Shown here: piece by piece, positions 1 through 13,480 of the stretch | How positions within the stretch are numbered: the stretch's first letter is position 1 | Layout: the number at the start of each line of letters is the position of its first letter | NCBI RefSeq assembly: GCF_033153115.1 | Contig: NW_026889759.1 | Coordinates: 5,704,001 to 5,768,000 of the forward strand | DNA length: 64,000 nt | Reading direction: 5' to 3' | From: Saccostrea echinata | Lineage: Eukaryota | Notes under the pieces: generated by a model | Database searches by the model: none | The model's input: only the letters and a program-made list of their open reading frames with translations | Told to the model about the DNA's origin: nothing | Translations under genes and position numbers: made by a program

Positions 1-1311
1 TGTATCTTTCTACTACATACATGTAATATGTATACATGTAGTAAAATACTACAAGCATACAGTAGTAAAAGTATGTTTTTATTTCCATTTTTTTTTTACA
101 TTCATGTTTAAAATTTTGACATTAAATTTAATTCTTTATAGTTGATGTACATTGATACAGGCCCGGCCTTTACCTTTAGCGGCAATTTCAGTGGCCGGGG
201 GAGGGGGGGGGGGGGAGGCAAATTAATTTGACAAAGAAAACAAAGGTCATCTGCACAACTATAGCTTAGCTTTGTTTTCTATTGTAAAGCCAGTGTATAC
301 TGGCTTAGGAGGCACCCCCTCCCCCATTCCCCACCCCCACTTGACCACCTTTCCCCGCTTAAACAGACCTGCGTTTATCTACGTTTATCAGAATAAAAGT
401 GACACATACGTGCACTGTTGTAAATTTGATTACTTGAACTTCCTGCTGTTGCAGTACATAAACACTCGGCAATCCTCGAGTGTTATTCAGTAAATCTGCT
501 TTCCTCAAGACACAGGACTAACAGAAAAATTTCCCTGAGCACACTGTAGCAGTCAAATAAGTTTTGCAATGTTGTGAGATCTGGGACTATGATCCAAATT
601 TAGCAAGTGAGTTTTGTAAAATGTGCATTTATTGCTAGAATCGAGAAGTCTTAATTTTCATCCCCCGTATATCCTGTTTATAGATAGCTTCCAGCCACTC
701 TGTGTGTGCGTATCTCCGCCTAAGCCGGTGTTTGGTCTCCTGGACGACAAAAGTTCGTCCATGCTAATTTTTCAGACCAGCTAGTGAGCCTACAGATCTA
801 TAGCTATGCCTTTGCCCTAAAAGTGCTCCATATCATTTCAAAGCTTGGAGAAAATCTATATAAATCAGAGAATTCTATTGATACTTTCCATCAATAAATG
901 AAATGGAACAAAAAGAGAAAATCACTGATAAGTGTATCGTGTTATTATATTAGGATAAGCATTACATTTTATATAGTGTAACTAAATAACTGTAACGCGG
1001 AGGAGGAGGTGCATCATCTAAATCATACAGAATCTTACTCGTGCATGTCTTAGAAACTTGTTCATTTATTACAAACATATGGTACCCCTATTGTATCTTT
1101 AAGCATTTTCTTTACAACGATAGCCTACACAAACATGAAGAAAAAACTCACATCGGTAATCAAGAAACTTTTGTATTTTACACCAAGTGATACAAAAATA
1201 CCAGGAAATGGAAATTGTTACCACATGAATTTGGTGTACATGTATATGCACCAACGTTAAATAAAACTAATCGCATACAGTAGTACATACTGTATGATTA
1301 TGTAATGAATA

Positions 1312-1677
1312 ATATTTACATTTTCCAAAGTCTTTCTCTGAGATAAATCTACAAATAAGGCAATGGCTTTATAACCCCATAAATCGATTTGCTCAGCACG
1401 TGACAGAACTGCATGCTTTTTTTGCTGCGAGTTGCGTAGTAATACACCTGGTGGGGATGCTGAGATTTCTTATTGATTTTTTTAATTGAATCAAGGATCA
1501 GTTAAAAATGTAAATATAAGGAATAACTGTTTGGTTTCTTGGTTTTATGATGCTGATCAATCAATTTGCTCGCGTGATAATTTTACGCATAAACGCCTTC
1601 GGCGTTTATGCAAATTATCACGCGAGCAAATTGATTGATCACGTCATAAAACCAAAAAACTAGACAGTTATTCCTTA
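1312..1677. mobile_element. Terminal-hairpin non-autonomous element H1
   Basis: Hairpin 1517-1677 with CGCC-TTC-GGCG apex; IR ATATTTACATTTT 1312-1324 pairs with 1505-1517. Confidence 0.7.
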
Positions 1678-3440
1678 AATATTCTATAGTCCTTTTGTAA
1701 TCTTTGTACATGTATTATACTCATGAATTAAGTTTCGATCACAGATCGACAGGTCTGAGGTTTCCTCCTTGATTATTTTATAAAAATATAGACTTAGCTA
1801 GTAGTCTAGGTGCCCCATTCTTTATTATTTCATTTAGGCCATCTTAAAAAAAAAATGTTTATTTCCCCACTCCCGACACAGGATAAAAAAATTGGTCGAC
1901 ATAGGTAGGTAGGAATGTTTTTTCTTCAGAAATGTAATAGTTTTGCGTTGGGCCATTTTTTTAGCCAATCGGTCGGTAGAGGACAAACAGACAATTTCTT
2001 TAAAGATGGACTGATAATAAATGTACATGTATGTGTAGTTACACAAAAATGAAAGAATTATCATCCATCTATCAATTGTAGAAAATACGCTTCGACGCAA
2101 TTTCCGGTCTATACCAAGAACACACAGGCTTTCAAGATCATTGATTGATTGATTAATATTTACTTGAGATGTTTAGAATTAATCACTTTATGACATACTT
2201 CGAAACATTTATACACACATAAAAATAAAGAATACTCATACACTATATGCATATGAAATTGAACTTGTTTTATACCTATATGTACATTCATGATGGATAA
2301 ATATTTAATAAAAGCTTTTGTTTCGAAATATTGTCATCAAATTAGGATTTTAAAAACAGTTTTTGTGACCAACCAAAGAATTTGTTCTTAACCTAGACTA
2401 TAAATAAACTTTTCAGTGTATGAATATCCTAGTATCAAGAATACACGTGTATGGATATGCATTGCTACACTGTGTCAATGCCCTTAGTGCGAGTCATATC
2501 GACCCAGTCTAATGGGAAGGTAATAGTTGCTGCTACGTTGTGCAGGTAAGACATGTATATTTCATTCACATTGGTTTATTCCTTTTCTCTTCAGACGATG
2601 CCTGTCCACTTCAATTATATTCTAAGAGAAATGGACAGGCATAGTCTTTATAAGAGGATGTATAGAGTAGTTTCTCTCTAAAGATTCTGCTTCTTTTGTT
2701 ACTAGCAAATCACGTGGCTTAACACAGACTCGAAGATGCATGATTCAGTTTAAATAGCTCGATATGGTACAAGTCTCTCTCCGACAGTATTTTCAGAATA
2801 GAAAATAACAGATTGAAATACCATCATTCATGAAGTTTAATCTGAAAAATCATTGATTTTCATAGCTCATTGTCAACAGGGTTTTTCTCCTCCCAGAACC
2901 CAATATTCTTCCGCCTTACCTCCTGTCGTTCCTTTTCAATGATCTCCCTCTTTTTTTTATCCCACCCCATTCATCCCCACCAACCTAGCTTTTGCCATGC
3001 CCACACGACACTTCCAAATTTCGACACCACAATGATTTATTCTCTAAAGCCTGTCCACATCTCTAAAGAGAATAGGCAATGATTCTGAACTGGTGTCAAT
3101 GGATTGTGATAAGACCATTCCAAGGGGTTTTTCTGGGTTTTTTTTCTTGGTTTAGTGTCCACCAAAAAATCAAAAACCTATCTTTCTATCATGAAGAAAA
3201 CACAGGTCAACAGAAAATTAAAAAAACACAATGATAATATCTATTTTAAAAACAATTCAAGAACTTTCTTTATATCGTAAAAAAAACTAAATGAATGTAA
3301 AATAAGAATAGCATGTCGATCGCAATAGATATAAAAAGGATATCTCAAAAGTAAACCGTCTGCGCGGACGCTAAACATAGAAAAGAAAAACTGAATTACC
3401 TAATAGAATAATGGCATCTTAGACATCTTGTAGTATAAAT

Positions 3441-3761
3441 ATAGGATCTCCCATGATTTGTAGTTGGATATGATTTTTATCCAACGAGTTGTGTGTTTTT
3501 TTATCCCCGAGCCTTGGCGAGGGGATAAAAACACACAACGAGTTGGATAAAAGTCATATCCAACTACAAATCATGGGAGATTCTTTTTATCCCATGTTTA
3601 ATACTTCACAACCAATGTTTTACACTGTTTTATATAGGACTCCACTTTATTTTACTTCATCGCGCTAACGCAAAAACCATTGTGACGTCACAACTGTGGA
3701 TTATGAAAAATTTATCCAATGAGTCATATCCACGGGATAAAGGGGTAAACATGGGATAAAA
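3441..3761. mobile_element. Terminal-hairpin non-autonomous element H2
   Basis: Hairpin ~3443-3584 (apex GAGCCTTGGCGAG); IR TTTTATCCCATGTTTA 3585-3600 / 3746-3761; TGTGACGTCACA at 3681. Confidence 0.72.
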
Positions 3762-6231
3762 GGGATTTTTTCTAAACATCATAAGCAAACATTTAAAATT
3801 ACGATTTGATTTATACATTCCCGAGATGTCATTGTTATCTGACTCATAAATTTTTTTTTGCACATAACGAAGCATGTGATAACAATCCACAATAGTTTTG
3901 CAGTATGTACGTAGTAGAGATGTATATAGCTTATCTATCTGAGTTTACTCTCTGGAACTCTTCTTTGAGGTGGCATAGACTGCGATTTTTTTCTGTCTTG
4001 CACTGTCGTTTTACAAAATTGCATAGTGGAATTTAATGTCAAACTACGTGAATAATTACCCAATTTTGCATGATGCACTGAAAAAAGATAAGACAAATTG
4101 AAATCCTCACAGTGGTCATAAATCCCGCATAAATACCCCATGTTATCCAAGTATGTTTTTTTCGTCTTTCTTTCTCTCTCTCTCTCTCTCATATCTTTTA
4201 TTACTAGTGATAGGTATATATACCCCGTTTTTCAATTTCACTTGTCAAGGAGAGAGAGGATAGAAATTACCCCATTTCTCTGTTTTCTTTAAAAATGAAT
4301 CAATCTGATTCTTATATGAATTAACCTTTAGAAAAAGACTTGTAACTGTAAAATGCACTGGCGTATTGAGAAGGGGCAGGGGCCTGTGCCTCCTCCTTCT
4401 GCGACCCAAAATTTAGTAAAGATGAAAAGAAAAGTTTTTGGTCTGGACACACTGGGGGGCTCAAGTCAGACCCACGGCCTGTTGTCCCGGCCCCCTTTTC
4501 AAGAATCCTGGATCCGCCATTAAGTGTGCCTTGGGAACTAACCAATCGATGGGAAATGAAAACAGAACACCTGCAGTTTATAAAATGTATATTTATTGGA
4601 TATACATGTACATTAGTTCTATGTAACAAGTGAACCGGGATTCATTTAAACGCCAGCAGACCAGGAGCCTAATCAATTCGTTAACTTAAATCTCATATAA
4701 CATTCTAAAAGAAATACTTTCAGCATTCAACCAAGCAATATATTCTGCAAATTGGATAAATAAACGGTTCACTTAACCTTTTTAATTCTGGTATTCGATA
4801 AATACACAAATTATTTTTCCAGTTTTTTTTTAAATCCGGTCTCGAAATGGCCTATTTAACAGGTTTGGCAGATCTCGGAAACTGCTGCTAGTTATCAGTG
4901 GGTTTAAACCCCTTTTGAGGCCTCTGTATAATTTATGTTTTTATTAGCATCCTTGAACAACGTTAACGAGGAAAAACAGTGACATTATTATTGAATTTTG
5001 TGATATAGATTCCAGGTAGGTTAAAACTCATCAGATTTCTTCTACTTTAAGTTGAATTTCATAGTTTTAAACGTTATATTTACACTGAAATGCATCGTTT
5101 GCTATGAAATAAAGTTTTTGTTTGGAATTCAGTGATGCGTGCGTGTTAATATTATATCAGAGGCTTAAAATATCCATGTATGCATGGAGCTTAGAAATCT
5201 GCAATATTTCAGACAATAAATTTGTCGTTACGATTGCTGAATATGGCTAAAGCACAAGCATGAATTTCAGAAAATTCAGAATCCCGGATTTTAAGTAATT
5301 ATATTTATATACATGTACATATAACCTATGATCTGTTGCATAGGGCGATGATTGGTTTTATATTTTTTAGGTCAATGGTGATTATGCTAGTAACATTTCA
5401 ATGTCTAGTAAATGCTATATTGAATTCTTATTTGCCTTACATGTACCTTAGTCAGAGGGTAAGAGAACTTTATATTAATGTAAACAATAATATGTCTGCC
5501 TGTGATTATTGTATTATTATAAATTTTCAACATTTTTATATTTTTTGTCAAGATCAAACCACTGAAACAATTTTTAAATCATGGTTTTCAAGTCGTGGTT
5601 TTGTTAAGGCCATAAATAGGTGCCAAATTATTATAGACGAATATTTAAGAAAAGCAGGTGCTAAAATTACTTGCACTTATATGAAAATATTTCCATTTAC
5701 ATGTTATTTAGATTTTTAAAAAAAAAAGTATTGGCCATAGAGGCTTAAGTAGAGACACCAAAGAGTTCCACAGCTTAGTATTATTTCAGAAATGTTTGCA
5801 TATGCGTATGCTGAATTTTGATTGGTTGATGCAAAAACATTATTTTTTTTCTCTAGCATTCATAGAAATAATTTGAATTTTAACATGTATATTCTAATCT
5901 AAAAGTAAGTGTACATATAATTTGGAATAGTATGTTCTTTGGGAAGTAGTAATTTATTTATGATTTTTAATATTTGAAATCGTTTAAAAGTGTTTTTTCC
6001 TGAGGAATTTTTTTTTTGGGGAGGGGGGGGGGGTGTTTAAATGATCGAATTACGTTAAAAATGTTTTATAAATTATAGTGACGCCCTCAGTGGAGCAAGA
6101 GTATGCGCCCTTTGCAATTGGGACCACATATAACTGTACCACCAGTTTTTCTCCGATCTAAAATTTTCAATATTTTTGGCAATATAAGTATGTAATAACA
6201 TACTGTTGTTTCTTGTACAGCTAAGACTTGA

Positions 6232-7661
6232 ATGGAGAATGAAGATGATTGTAGTTCTTCAGAATCGGAGAAAGCAGACGACACAGCTCCAGATGGCGGT
6301 TGGGGATGGATGGTGGTGTTTGGCGCCTTTATGATCAACGTCATTACGGATGGATGCTCTTACTCATTCGGAGTTTTATTTACACATCTCTTAGAATATT
6401 TCCACGCAGATCGAAGCTCGACTGCATGGGTCGGCTCAGTGTTTAATGCAGCCCCACTTCTATTTGGTCCTGTTGCCAGCATCATTGCCAAGCGCTTTGG
6501 ATTCAGAAAAGCCACCATAGCAGGGGGATTAATAGCCGCATCGGGAATGATAATGAGTGTTTTCGTGAATTCTTTGAGTGCTTTGGGTTTAACTTATGGT
6601 TGCGTTGCAGGATTTGGAATCTCTCTTCCGTATCTGGCATCTTCCGTCGTAGTGATGATGTATTTTAAAAAGAGACGATCTTTGGCAACAGGCTTGGCCG
6701 AGTGTGGTGCAGGAGTTGGCACTCTTATATTTGCTCCTCTGTTACAGTTCCTAATATCCGAATACGGTTGGCGAGGAGCGTTGTTGGTTTTGAGTGCTAT
6801 TGTTTCCAATGTTGTACTTTGTGGTGCTTTGTTCAGACCAATTCTAATCCATAGAAATAGAGAACAATGTATAACGGTACATAACCAGCATAGTAAGGAA
6901 AACTTGAATGCAGAAACAGTACCTGCAATTCAACTTGATACTGAAAATGGGAACGCCTTTGAAAGTGTTGTAGAGAAAAATCCCCTCAGAGTTGAAAGAC
7001 AATCAACTGAAAATTTGAATATAGGAAAACGGTATATGACAGTTGAGAGTAATTCACTTCTCGGTGGTAGCATGTCTTCATTATCAAAAGTAGCAAGGAT
7101 CGATGGGGATTACAAAGACTCCAAACAACTGTTTCATAAACAAACTAAAAGTAAATGTAAACAAAGAATATGCAGAATTGTGGATTTTACCGTCTTGCGT
7201 GAATGGCGTTTCGTGATTTTTCTTATCTCTAATTTTATTCTTTATCTATGGTATGACGTTCCTTACGTTTTCACAGTCGACCGCGCCTTGGAAATAGGTG
7301 AATCGGAATCTCGAGGTGCTTTGATAGTATCTAGCACTGGTGTCATTCATACTGTTGGTAATATAGTATTTGGCTTTCTAGGTGATTTGAAGAAAGTCAA
7401 TCGTTCCATTCTTTATTGTGTTTCAATGTGGATTACTGGTCTTGGCCTGGCATTGGTGCCCTTATCCCAGGATTATCTATCTTTCATAGCATTTGATGGG
7501 ATTTACGGGTTCTTTGTCGCAGCTTCTGAGGCCTTATCCTGTGTCTTGGTCGCTGATATATTAGGCATTTCAAAATTATCAGATGGCTATGGAATATTAA
7601 TGTTTCTTCAGGGAATAGCTAATTTAGTCGGACCACCATTTGCAGGTACAAATAAACGCTC

Positions 7662-7710
<49 letters not shown>

Positions 7711-7884
7711 CATATTTCTAAAAAAAACACTTATATTTTCCTTGTAGGTTGGTTATATGACTCCTCAGGTTCTTATGACAACACTTTCCTCGCAGCTGGC
7801 GGATCCATAATTTTTCTTGGAATGTTGTATGCCACAGTGCCAGTCTATGCAAAAATTAGGAACAATCTGCTCAATGTGAAATAA
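6232..7884 (+). CDS. Monocarboxylate transporter family protein (SLC16A/MCT12-MCT14-like MFS transporter), ~516 aa; coding exons 6232-7645 and 7748-7884
   Basis: MCT signature APDGGWGWMVVFG, plus YFKKRRSLATG and YGWRGA. Two bundles of hydrophobic helices are separated by a long polar loop. Acceptor tgtacag ends 6220. GT..AG intron 7646-7747 restores the conserved PPFAG|WLYD. Paralog cannot be assigned by eye. Confidence 0.93.
7659..7708. repeat. (CT)n microsatellite inside the MCT intron
   Basis: Direct; produces the SLSLSL run in the ORF track. Confidence 0.95.
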
Positions 7885-7965
7885 AGTGCCAAAGTTCAAT
7901 AAAGAAGAAAAAAATCTTATTACTTTATTCTTTATAATCGAGATGCACACTATATGTGTAGGCTT

Positions 7966-8448
7966 AAGGTCAAGATCTAGTAAATGAAAGATGCCTACAG
8001 ATTTTTCAAATTTGAGAAATGAGCTCTTTTAATGATCCTTTACAAATATGGCTTGCAAAAATAGGGTGTTTCGGGACATAGTTTTTTGATAAACTAGACG
8101 AAAAACATATTTTAAACTGTAATTTTTAATGAAAAATGAAGAAAGGTATAAATTTAGGAGTTTTTTCCATCTCAGATAAAAGAAATGTATCAATATTGCC
8201 TACAGTCTCTCAGAAAACGGTTTTTCATTTCTTTTTAACCTCTACTTCAAAATGATATTAAATTGAATATAGATATCGGGGTTACTTTTGACATGATTTC
8301 AAATTGAATACATTGAAAATGCTTCATTTGCTACATATTTCTTTTACAGCCGTAAAGTACGGGAAAAATTAAGCTTAAATCAATTATGATGTCATAATGG
8401 ATTTAGCACCAAAAGACAGTCTAAAGTCATTTACTAGATCTTGACCTT
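7966..8448. mobile_element. MITE with TIR AAGGTCAAGATCTAGTAAATGA (Kolobok-like TTAA context)
   Basis: 22-bp terminal inverted repeat at 7966 and ending at 8448. Confidence 0.65.
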
Positions 8449-9904
8449 GTGCCGATATCGACAATATCATGACGATATCGTATCGATATCGATCCTGATC
8501 TGTATAATTTATTTTCAAGTTAATGTATTATAACATAATTATATAAGATCACAAGCGATGTCCACGAATATGTAAATAAATAGAGGGTTAGGGGATTTCA
8601 TTGTCAGGGATTTGGGTAAAGAAGTAGGTTAACGTAAGGGTGAAGGTTGGTAAAATAATGTCTTGAACACTCATGATTCGATATCGATACGATATCATCG
8701 ATATCGACAGCAGGTCAAACTTAGTACTCGGAAAGTACATATGCACAGGTCTTGCGTAAAGAAATACAACCACAAGAGCGATGACAAAAATGATTCGATT
8801 TCAAAAAATATCGTCAATATCGACGATATCGATGGCAAATACAATCTTCGTCAATGTAAAGTATTTAAACATAGTCACACATATACCACAAGGACGGTAC
8901 CAACCAAGGGTTGAGCAAATATAATTTGATGTCAAAGCGACATCGTCAATATAGATGATATAGACACTTTAAGGAAAACTTCATAAAGTGATAGTATTCA
9001 CGTAACTCACATGTTAAAAAGCCACAATATTGGGGGGGGGGGGCATAATCCATTGAACAATCATCCTTCGATATCGATACGATACCGAGACAAAAAGGAA
9101 AACTTCGTAAACAGAAAGTATTCTAATATACACATAAGTATAAAGAAATGATAAAGCAAACTTTAAAAAGGTAATCTGTCGATATCGTTAACTACATCGT
9201 GTTTTAGACATAACTCTAACTGAATGATAAAAGTTGCACAATAAGCAGTTTAATGTACAAGCATGCACTTGTTTGTGATAAAAGGAATTTTAAACAATGA
9301 GAATTAATGAAAATATGGACATGTTTTTCGTTGGGATGGGGAATTACCAATATCTTTTTTCATACTATCTTCCAGTATCTTGGGTAACATATTCATGTAT
9401 CTAATTATAACAAAGAAGCTAAATTAAATTTAAAAAAAGGACACGTACATGTATTTCTAGTCTGGCGACAGTTTGCTATAAGGTATCCCACATTATCTGC
9501 ATTACGTACACTAAGTATACTTTCAATCGTGGGTATTCCATAATCTCCCCCGATTGCTTTGTCAATAAATTGAAACTGATTTTTGCAAAGGGGTGGCTGA
9601 TTGACGATTTGAAGATGGCCACATCCTTAATTTATCACGGTACTAGATAAATTTTTCTCTTTAAGTCGTAAACCAAATTACTTTATGCTTAATATACAGA
9701 GAATGCTAAATGTGTGATTCACCAAATCAAAAGTATGCAGAAAGATCACGAATTAATACACATGCATAGGGAAAAAAGAGAAAAATTCACATCTACTTTT
9801 ATATACATGTAGATATACCTAATGAAATATGTGAAAATAACGAACAGAGATCAATCTTTAATAAAAAAAAACCTACAAACAATACAAATCTGTAAACATG
9901 GCAT

Positions 9905-10200
9905 TAAACGCGGACCCCTGGAAGTTCCAGAGATGGATCCAGGTGCCAAATAGGAACAAGCATTCCCTGTCGACCAGTCACCCCTTATGTATGGTTGGGG
10001 TAGACGGAGTCAAATTAAGTATAAAAACAAAGTCCAACAATCGGTATGAAATATGTCGGTCAAAATACGACCAATTATAGGTTGTATTTGCTAACAGGGT
10101 CATTCTAACGACCATGTAATTTCCAAAATGCTGGCTTTAAGGCTGTTGAAATCCTTGTAACTTTATCTTATTTGTCAGTAGCCTATGTCAGTTTTAAAAA
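9905..10200 (-). mobile_element. Solo terminal fragment related to the 3' end of the Penelope-like element
   Basis: GGACCCCTGGAA..CAGAG..GGATCCAGGTGCC..AGCATTCCCTGTCGACC is the reverse complement of ~47855-47920. Confidence 0.55.
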
Positions 10201-11597
10201 TTGATCGTACTCAATGCATGCTTGTGAGTATTGAATAAGTTGGGAGACGTTAACACCATAATGCAAGTGATATTGGAATAGTACTACATAAATAAGGAAA
10301 ATTGACGATGGAAAAGGTGAAGTCATCTCGTTTGTCGTACAATTTAGTTGTTGGTTGGCTCTTATAAGCGTGATCAAAAATGTATGATAATGTGATTTAT
10401 TGAAACATGAATAAGGGATATAAAATGTAATACTAAAAATTAAAAGTTTGCATCGTAAACAGTGCAATTGAAAGGTAAAATGAATAAAAGAATTATAAAA
10501 GAATTCTTGTTGTATAATACAAAAAGTACTTTCGTAGATAAACTTGTAAATAATAGATAAAATAAAAATGAAACAAAAATACCCTATCTTTGTACATTAA
10601 ATGTTCTTCAAAGTCCAAGAGATGCAAATGTACAGAGAGAATGAGGTGGAGTTACTACAAGTGCTCAAGCACGACTGTTCAGTTCAGTCTGCATGGTGAT
10701 AGTGACAAATGGGGGCAAGTACAGGCAAGTAAACAGAATCTACATTAAGATTTGTTACCGAGTACTAAACTAACCATTTTGTTGATCCCTGATCATCCTA
10801 TTTCTCCTGCTCTTGGGCAACATATCTTCATCTACCATTTTTTTTAAAAATAGTCTATGGATCCTTCACAGTGTTGTATAATTATATCCATGCGATTGTT
10901 AAGGCTCTTGGGCCTCTTGTTATATAGTAGAGGTTAACCACATTTTTTCAATGCATTTACATTAATGCAAAACCTCCATCAACATTAGTTCATGCTAACT
11001 ATTTGCCATAATAGTGAAATATATAGATAATATTACAATAATATTTTTAGTTTTCTTTTTTTTCTTTTTCTTTTTCTTTTTTTAGTACATGTAGCATGAT
11101 ATTTGGAAACATTCTGGAGAATATTCATTTCCTTTTATTTTCAAGAATATACTAGTATTCCTTTGTTTTAATGATCTAGTACTTTTATACGATATGTGCA
11201 TATTTTAATATTGTTCATTTTTACTATGTTATAGTCGCGCAACATTCAGATGAGTATTTATCATTTGGTATAATACTCTGATATAAAACCTTCTGCAAAC
11301 GCATTAAAATTATATGAAATTTAACCTCATGTTCATACAGTACCGGTATCATTATTTTGTAAAAAAGGTGTGGATAATATCAGGACTGAAATTGAAACAT
11401 CTCTCTCTCTCTCTCTCTCTCTAAGATTTTTTCCTCCCGTAGAAAAATTAAATTTTCAAAATTATATGTTATCTTTTTTGCATAAATATAATAGGACTCT
11501 GAAGAGTTTTCAGTTGACTTTGGTTCAGATCACAACACACACGTATGGTTTATCAGCAATAATCTTGACTTTCCTACAGATGTACATGTACATGATA

Positions 11598-11736
11598 NNN
11601 NNNNNNNNNNNNNNNNNNNNNNNNNNNNNNNNNNNNNNNNNNNNNNNNNNNNNNNNNNNNNNNNNNNNNNNNNNNNNNNNNNNNNNNNNNNNNNNNNNNN
11701 NNNNNNNNNNNNNNNNNNNNNNNNNNNNNNNNNNNN
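11598..11736. other. Assembly gap (N run)
   Basis: Direct. Confidence 1.
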
Positions 11737-12011
11737 TGGGTACACTCATCAGAAAAAAAAAATCAGTGCAATGTGATATAAAATATAGAAAAACAAGAAA
11801 AACAGTAGCTTAAAAATGACACATCGAGGAAGCTTTGATTTACATGTAATTCTTTGCGCCTTTTCGTAGCTGTGGAGTCTGTCAAACGGCTCTGTTGACA
11901 TTACTGATTATTATTGACCGTGACCAACTAGTTACAAAATTCTGATTTATCAATAACACTGAAAAGTTTCTTTGCAATGAATGTTTTGCAGAACTCTGTC
12001 GGATTAAAAAT

Positions 12012-12341
12012 CATGCACGTAGCAACAGGGGGGAGGGGGGCTGCCCCCCTAACTTTTTTCCAAGACTTTCTTTACTATTTGAAATGTTAATTGAAAGGCC
12101 ACCCCCCCCTTTTTTGTTGTAGAATAGTAAAATAAGGGTTTTGTAGTAGTATGAATAAAATTTGGTACTTAAAGAAGTTGGAACCTACCCCCCCCCCCCC
12201 CCGAACTAGGATTTTCGAGTTCGGACAAAATCCCTTTTTTTCCTTTTTTTTTTCTTTGCTTGTCAAGTTTTTTTTCAGGTAAGTTGAAATTTTTTCTCTG
12301 GCTGCCCCCCCCCCCCTTTCAAAAACGATGCTACGTCCCTA
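12012..12341. mobile_element. Related MITE (CATGCACGTAGCA ... TGCTACGTCCCT)
   Basis: Imperfect TIRs, G/C tracts, flanking AAAAT on both sides. Confidence 0.55.
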
Positions 12342-13160
12342 AAAATTATTCTCACTGGTTCGAACGAAAGCGGGTTACGTTTACCTGTGGTCAAGTGGTC
12401 GCGAATTTAGGATTCATCGGCCAAGCATGAGACTTTATTTCTCTGTAATGCTTTTTGCAAACTGTAACTTAGTCTTTCAATGAATGAACTTTCAACTTAA
12501 AAACTTTTTTCCCTGTTATTTTATCGATTGTATCAGCTAGAAAATTATTTTGGTTTCAATAAAATAATTTGAAAGCATTATGTAAATTTAACACGCTACA
12601 AAGAGTAAACGGTACATTTAAGACAAAAAGAGAGTAAACGGTACATTTAAGATGAGAAGCTAAAGGTACCTATTGAAACCTTTACCAAAATGATTATGGT
12701 TCCGAATTAAATAGGTCGGGTTCGTGTTACAGAAGGAATCAATATGGCGCTGTCCATCGACATGGAAAAAGTATTTAGAATATTTCTTTTTATTAACTGG
12801 ATTTATAAGAACTGCGCATAAAAAATAACAATAATAATCAATTAAGATCAAGTTAGTAGCATTCAATTTGGTGATAAGACCGTAAGGTTGGTGATATATT
12901 TATCCCCGAGTACCAAAACTCTGTCACCATAACTGGAAAACACACCGCGTTACTCTTGGAATTATCATTTTTTAATTGTTTCTTGTTTGCTACACAAAGT
13001 AATGAACTTAAACATTGTTTTAGTGATATATACAAGAAAGTGGAGTTACTGGGCTTATATAACACGACTAAATAGATCGTGTATCACACTCATACATTAC
13101 ATGTACCTGATTACGTCCAATAGAACCGGTCATATGTGAAACACATGGTTACTGTCTAGA

Positions 13161-13480
13161 AATATAAGCGATATTTGGTTGAGGGTAAGAAAACGTGATA
13201 GAGGGCGATGCTTGCCGACCCCACCATCACGTTTTCGACCCGAGCTCAAATATCACTTATATTACAAGACAACATCCATGTATTTTGTTTATCCTCCAAT
13301 AAATTTTTACAGAACTCCAAAACGAGCTATTTTCAACCCGATTTAGGCACCTCTCTGCAGTTGAAATTAAGACGCCATGGAGTAAACATTTCAATATAAA
13401 TGACGTCACAATGGTTTTAGAACGTCGGAATACATGCACGAGGCTTTATTAGGGTATCGGCCGAATAAAGCTTTGGTTTA
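13161..13480. mobile_element. Degenerate terminal-hairpin element H3 (right end uncertain)
   Basis: Imperfect hairpin 13161-13263; TGACGTCACAATGG at 13401. Confidence 0.45.

Noticed and set aside
1517-1677. Long hairpins as pre-miRNAs or terminators
   Set aside because: Too long, dispersed, and tied to repeat bodies; a mobile-element origin explains them better.
5336-5719. 127-aa ORF and most other 60-120-aa ORFs in the track
   Set aside because: AT-rich intronic or intergenic composition, non-ATG starts, no motifs; some span N gaps.
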